Translations under genes and position numbers: made by a program
Shown: one piece after another, positions 60,325 through 64,000 of the stretch
Position numbering within the stretch: the stretch's first letter is position 1
Layout: the number at the start of each line of letters is the position of its first letter
The notes under the pieces: model-generated
What the model was told of the DNA's origin: nothing
The model's input: only the letters and a program-made list of their open reading frames with translations
Database searches by the model: none
Assembly: GCA_013336275.1 (NCBI GenBank)
Contig: JAAXUA010000001.1
Location: 78,167 to 142,166, forward strand
Source: Candidatus Falkowbacteria bacterium
Lineage (GTDB): Bacteria; Patescibacteriota; Patescibacteriia; Patescibacteriales; GWE2-39-37
Length of the DNA: 64,000 bases
Direction: 5' to 3'

Positions 60325-62073
60325 ATGTCAAAACGTCATTGGCAGCTCCGTGATAGCATCACCACTGCCGCAACTGACGCCTTGTCGAGTTATGACCAAA
60401 TAACCGCACAACTCCTGTTTAATCGCCACATTACCGAACCAGAGACGGCTGAGGCCTTTCTTTCGTCGGATTACCTGACGTATAAGCATGCGCCTTCGTT
60501 GTTCAGTCAGATCGAAGCCGCAGTCGAACAGATAATCGGGGCGATCAAGGCGGGCAAGAAGATTGTTATTTACGGTGATTATGACGCCGACGGCGTAACC
60601 GCCACCGCCTGTCTCTTGGAGGTGCTGTCGACGCTCAAGGCTAAGACCGACATCTATATTCCCGATCGCGTTTCCGAGGGCTATGGCTTGAACCGCCAAG
60701 CGATCGATGAGATTGCGGCCAATGGCGCTGGATTGATAATTACGGTCGATAACGGCATCCGCAATAAAGAGGAGGTTGCCTATATCAAGTCAATCGGCCT
60801 CGAAGTTATCATTACCGATCATCACGTTCCGCCGCCCGAGGACGAGGCGATGCCCGACTGCTTGGTAATCAATCCGATGGTGGCAACGGAAACCTACCCA
60901 TTCAAATATTTGGCCGGCGTCGGAGTCTCGGCCAAATTAGCTATGGCCATAATCGAGCGCTCGAAATTGGATCAGGAGATGAAGCTTCGGCTGGAAGAGC
61001 GGATACTGGACTTGGTTGCTCTCGGCACGATCGCCGACTGCGTCCCTTTGGTAGGCGAGAATCGGGTCTTGGTCAAGCGCGGTCTCGAGATATTGAACCA
61101 GACGCGTCGGATCGGTTTGAAAGAATTGATCAAGATAGCCAAGATCAACCCCGAACGCTCGATCGACAGCTGGAACGTCAGTTTCCAGCTGACACCTAGA
61201 TTGAATGCTGCCGGACGCATGGATCATGCAAATACCGCTTTCGAATTGCTAGTCACCCGCGACCAGGCTGTGGCCGAGAAATTGGCGCAAGGCCTGAATG
61301 AGCGCAACCAGGAACGGCAGAAGGTGACTGAAGATATAGTGAAGGCGATAATCGCCAACGTCGAGGCAGAGAGGACCGCTGACAAGATAATCGTTGCGGT
61401 GAGTCCTAGCGTCTACGGACAGGGCGAACCCTGGAACGAGGGCACGGTCGGATTGGTGGCTGGGCGGTTGTCGGAAAAATACTATCTTCCCGCGCTTGTC
61501 ATAACCGGAAACAATGATGAAATCAAAGGGTCAGGCCGCAGCATCGATCAGTTCAATCTGATCAAGGCAGTGGAAGCCGTCAAGGATTCGTTGCACAAGT
61601 ACGGCGGTCATGCCGCCGCTTGCGGTTTCAGCATCAAAGGCCAGGAAAATCTGGAGCGTTTCATCAAGGACATCACTGAAGCGGCCAACAAGACCCTTGG
61701 CGGCCTAGATCTGAAGCCAAGCTTGAAAATCGAGACCGAGATTGACTTGTCCTTGGTTGATGAGAGCTTTCTTAGCCAGATCGAGCGATTCGCTCCTTTC
61801 GGTGAAGGCAATCCCCGCCCGGTTTTCTTAAGTCGTCAGATCAATATCGTCGACGTCGCCAAATTGGGCTGGGACGGGCGCCACCTGCGCCTGAAACTCA
61901 GGAACTCAACCTCCAAGGTCAAGACCGCTCTCGGTTTCGGCCAGGCGGAAGAATGGCCAGATTTGAAAATCGGTGATACAATAGACCTAGCTTATTATAT
62001 GGAATTGAACGAATTCAACGGCAAAAGGGAGGTGCAGCTACGCATCATCGACTTGAAGCCATCAAACGCATGA
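60325..62073 (+). CDS. recJ: Single-stranded-DNA-specific exonuclease RecJ
   Basis: DHH motifs (YGDYDADGVT, ITVDNG, ITDHH) and the DHHA1 block GGHAAACG. Confidence 0.9.
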   Translation: MSKRHWQLRDSITTAATDALSSYDQITAQLLFNRHITEPETAEAFLSSDYLTYKHAPSLFSQIEAAVEQIIGAIKAGKKIVIYGDYDADGVTATACLLEVLSTLKAKTDIYIPDRVSEGYGLNRQAIDEIAANGAGLIITVDNGIRNKEEVAYIKSIGLEVIITDHHVPPPEDEAMPDCLVINPMVATETYPFKYLAGVGVSAKLAMAIIERSKLDQEMKLRLEERILDLVALGTIADCVPLVGENRVLVKRGLEILNQTRRIGLKELIKIAKINPERSIDSWNVSFQLTPRLNAAGRMDHANTAFELLVTRDQAVAEKLAQGLNERNQERQKVTEDIVKAIIANVEAERTADKIIVAVSPSVYGQGEPWNEGTVGLVAGRLSEKYYLPALVITGNNDEIKGSGRSIDQFNLIKAVEAVKDSLHKYGGHAAACGFSIKGQENLERFIKDITEAANKTLGGLDLKPSLKIETEIDLSLVDESFLSQIERFAPFGEGNPRPVFLSRQINIVDVAKLGWDGRHLRLKLRNSTSKVKTALGFGQAEEWPDLKIGDTIDLAYYMELNEFNGKREVQLRIIDLKPSNA

Positions 62074-62474
62074 ATGAAAAATTGATCATATTTACCGATG
62101 GGGGCGCGCGAGGCAACCCCGGACCAGCCGCTATCGGAGCCGTCATTTATGACGAGCAGCGCCAAGTCCTGTCGGAGATTTCCGAATACATCGGCGAGAC
62201 CACGAATAATCAGGCGGAGTACAAAGCCGTTGTGGCAGCCATTGCAAAGGCCAAGGAGCTGGGTGCGAAAGAAGTTGATTTTTTCCTGGATAGCCAGTTG
62301 GTAGTCGAACAGCTCAACGGCAATTATAAGGTCAAGAATAAAGACTTGGCTCCGTTGTTCGTTCAGATATACAATGCCAGTCTCGGCTTTCGCAAGGTCA
62401 GGTACACTCACGTTCGGCGAGAGCAGAATCAGGAGGCGGATAAGCTAGTGAATTTAGCCCTGGATAATAGGTAG
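62070..62474 (+). CDS. rnhA: RNase HI-like ribonuclease H
   Basis: Contains TDGGARGNPGPAAIG, NNQAEYKA and DSQLVVEQLNG..K, with a C-terminal ...NQEADKLVN. There is a 4-nt overlap with recJ. Confidence 0.8.
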   Translation: MNEKLIIFTDGGARGNPGPAAIGAVIYDEQRQVLSEISEYIGETTNNQAEYKAVVAAIAKAKELGAKEVDFFLDSQLVVEQLNGNYKVKNKDLAPLFVQIYNASLGFRKVRYTHVRREQNQEADKLVNLALDNR

Positions 62475-62480
62475 AGTTCG

Positions 62481-62554
62481 GACGATTAGCTCAGTTGGTT
62501 AGAGCGCACCGTTCACATCGGTGAGGCCACAGGTTCGAGTCCTGTATCGTCCAC
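62481..62554 (+). tRNA. tRNA-Val (anticodon CAC)
   Basis: Acceptor GGACGAT/ATCGTCC, D arm GCTC-AGTTGGTTA-GAGC, anticodon arm CACCG-TTCACAT-CGGTG, T arm ACAGG-TTCGAGT-CCTGT. No CCA is encoded. Confidence 0.92.
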
Positions 62555-62593
62555 AAACAAAACACACCCGCCAGGGTGTTTTTTGTTTGTGGC
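62552..62593 (+). terminator. Long hairpin/terminator starting inside the tRNA-Val 3' end
   Basis: CCACAAACAAAACACACCC-gcca-GGGTGTTTTTTGTTTGTGG forms a 19-bp stem with one mismatch. The T-rich 3' arm serves as the U-tract. Confidence 0.6.
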
Positions 62594-62714
62594 GGTATCA
62601 GATTGCGAAAACCTGCAAAGGAATGAGTTAAGATCCATAAAATCATTGTTGGTATCTTGTTCAGATAAATTATTTGCGGTTAAAACTTTTCATGAGAGAC
62701 GGGGCTTCCGCCCC

Positions 62715-62774
62715 TTCGAGTCCTGTATCGTCCACAAACAAATCACACCCGCCAAGGTGTTTTTTTGTTTGTGG
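62715..62774 (+). repeat. Direct repeat: second copy of the tRNA-Val 3' end (T-loop to discriminator) plus its terminator hairpin
   Basis: Bases 62715-62774 match 62535-62593 with 2 substitutions and 1 extra T, offset exactly 180 nt. No matching 5' half of a tRNA lies upstream, so it is not a functional tRNA. Confidence 0.85.
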
Positions 62775-62853
62775 TGCAGCAATTGATAATAAATTGTTTA
62801 TGCGGCATCTCTTTGCTATACTGATATGTAGACACGAGATAATTTTAAAGATC

Positions 62854-63597
62854 ATGACGAACTTGCTTTCAATAATGTTCATACTTTCGGTCGGGCCGCT
62901 GGTCGGTTCGCTTATCGGTGTGGTTAAGAAACCCGATCAAAGATATTCTTTGCTGATGCTTTCATTTTCAGCCGGAGTGATGCTTATGGTCTCTTTTTAT
63001 GAGCTGATTCCGGAAAGCCTCCAATTCGTCAATGTTCCCACCATGCTTTTCGGCGTACTGCTGGGAGGTTTGATGATTAATTTCGTAAGCCGGATCATGA
63101 GGCATGTCAAAACCGTGACGCCCTGGTATCAGCTCAAGCGCCGCAAGTTCGAGCGTGTTGTCATTCTTCTTATCGTCGGCATACTCTTCCATAATTTCCC
63201 CGAAGGCATGGCGATCGGTTTGAGCGCCCTCTCTAGCTGGGAGATGTCGTTGAGGGTTGCCTTAGCCATAGCTATCCATGACATACCTGAAGCGATAGCG
63301 ACCACGGTGCCGTATTATCAACTGACAGGGAACAAGCTCCAGTCTGTCCTGGTCACGATGTCTACCTTGGTGCCGACGGTATTCGGTTTTGTCCTAAGCT
63401 ATTATTTCTTCCATGACTTGCCTCTTGATGTAGTCGGTTTTTTCATTGCGATCACCGCCGGAATTATGATTTTTATTTCCGCTTTCGAACTGATTCCGAA
63501 CTCGGTTTTTGCCAGCCGAAATCGCTTGGCCCCTTCAGTCAGTATGGTTTTGGGGGTTATTTCGGTCGTGTTAGTCAGTTTATTAAATGCATATTAG
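62854..63597 (+). CDS. ZIP-family divalent metal (zinc) transporter, ZupT-like
   Basis: Contains HNFPEGMAIG and AIHDIPEAIAT, with 7-8 TM helices. The start is at ATG 62854. The track's 60-aa extension runs through the tRNA-derived repeat and is rejected. Confidence 0.85.
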   Translation: MTNLLSIMFILSVGPLVGSLIGVVKKPDQRYSLLMLSFSAGVMLMVSFYELIPESLQFVNVPTMLFGVLLGGLMINFVSRIMRHVKTVTPWYQLKRRKFERVVILLIVGILFHNFPEGMAIGLSALSSWEMSLRVALAIAIHDIPEAIATTVPYYQLTGNKLQSVLVTMSTLVPTVFGFVLSYYFFHDLPLDVVGFFIAITAGIMIFISAFELIPNSVFASRNRLAPSVSMVLGVISVVLVSLLNAY

Positions 63598-63675
63598 AAC
63601 ATAAAAGCCGTAATTATCAAAATTTTTAAGCCTTTTTTAGTAAAATATTATCTAACATTAGGTAATATTTTTATA

Positions 63676-63704
63676 TTGACTTTTAGCCTGTCGGGTGCTA
63701 GTAT
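63676..63704 (+). promoter_or_regulatory. Putative sigma70 promoter of rnpB
   Basis: TTGACT, 17 nt, TAGTAT. Confidence 0.5.
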
Positions 63705-63740
63705 TTAGTGGTAAACTATCTTTAAAAATCAATAATTCCA

Positions 63741-64000
63741 AGGCAAGCGGGCAATTGCTGAAATAGTAAAACGCTATTTTAGAGGAAAGTCCGGACTCCG
63801 AAAGAATGAAAATTCTTGAAAGCGATGGTGGCTAACGGCCACGGGGAGAAATCCTACGGAAAGTGCCACAGAGACGATACTAGCCGTCAAAGACGGTGAA
63901 AGGTGAAAAGTGCCAGGGTGTTTTGGTTCTAACGGCATGCCAGTGAACGAAAGCTACTTGGTTCGCACCCGTGTGAACGGGCTGCGTGGCAAACCCCATC
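63741..64000 (+). ncRNA. rnpB: RNase P RNA (bacterial type A), 5' portion, truncated by the window edge
   Basis: Universally conserved P4/CR-I GAGGAAAGTCCGGAC at 63782-63796 and ACGGAAAGTGCCACAGA at 63857-63873. GGTGAAAGGTGAAAAGTGCC and GGCAAACCCCA parallel the E. coli M1 RNA order. The 5' end is approximate. Confidence 0.9.

Noticed and set aside
62715-62774. Possible second tRNA gene, or a tRNA pseudogene with function.
   Set aside because: Only the T-loop, 3' T-stem and 3' acceptor strand are present. No complementary 5' acceptor strand, D arm or anticodon arm can be found in the 75 nt upstream. I report it as a repeat or att-like scar instead.
1-64000. CRISPR arrays, transposases, integrases, prophage genes, rRNA operons and alternative genetic code (UGA recoding).
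   Set aside because: No short direct-repeat/spacer arrays were seen, and no ORF has transposase, integrase or phage hallmark motifs. Conserved genes such as the sugar transferase and holB terminate at in-frame TGA at the expected lengths, so code 11 applies.

Overview
This 64-kb chromosomal segment is almost entirely coding, mostly on the + strand, at roughly 50% GC. It uses the standard bacterial code, with TGA, TAA and TAG all serving as stops. I support about 60 protein genes, 3 tRNAs (Ala-CGC, Arg-CCG, Val-CAC, none with an encoded CCA) and the 5' two-thirds of a type-A RNase P RNA that runs off the right edge.

The gene content is compact housekeeping:
- Replication, translation and repair: holB, frr, hpf, proS, lepA, recJ, an RNase HI-like gene.
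- Secretion and proteolysis: secA, secD, secF, rseP, htrA.
- Cell wall and shape: mreBCD with PBP2, murJ, alr.
- Heat shock: hrcA, grpE, hsp20, dnaK, dnaJ.
- Fermentation: a PfkB kinase, PduL and AckA.
- Other: a GldG-type ABC-2 exporter operon, a sensor kinase with an orphan receiver, and several large secreted repeat proteins.

The small compact proteins, the absence of biosynthetic operons and the secreted repeat proteins fit a reduced-genome Patescibacteria/CPR-like bacterium. That assignment is inference only. I found no CRISPR array, transposase, integrase or rRNA.

The points most worth a second look are:
1. A terminator-bounded divergent pair at 20.0-22.5 kb: an HD-GYP-like hydrolase and a sensor-less coiled-coil GGDEF-fold cyclase. 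The cyclase has HGDEF in place of GGDEF and Asn at the base-specifying Asp position.
2. SecD carrying a roughly 240-aa insertion of two parvulin-type PPIase domains in its periplasmic head.
3. A 3.4-kb island (34.9-38.3 kb) of five monocistronic hypothetical genes. Each has a near-consensus sigma70 promoter and all but one have their own hairpin terminator.
4. A heat-shock locus with a CIRCE-controlled internally shortened HrcA, a CYTH protein, a perfect 20-bp inverted repeat in front of dnaK, and a small protein translationally coupled to dnaJ.
5. A 59/60-nt duplication of the tRNA-Val 3' end plus its terminator, 180 bp downstream of the original, which looks like an att-site scar.

All functional calls come from reading motifs by eye. 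No database search was run.
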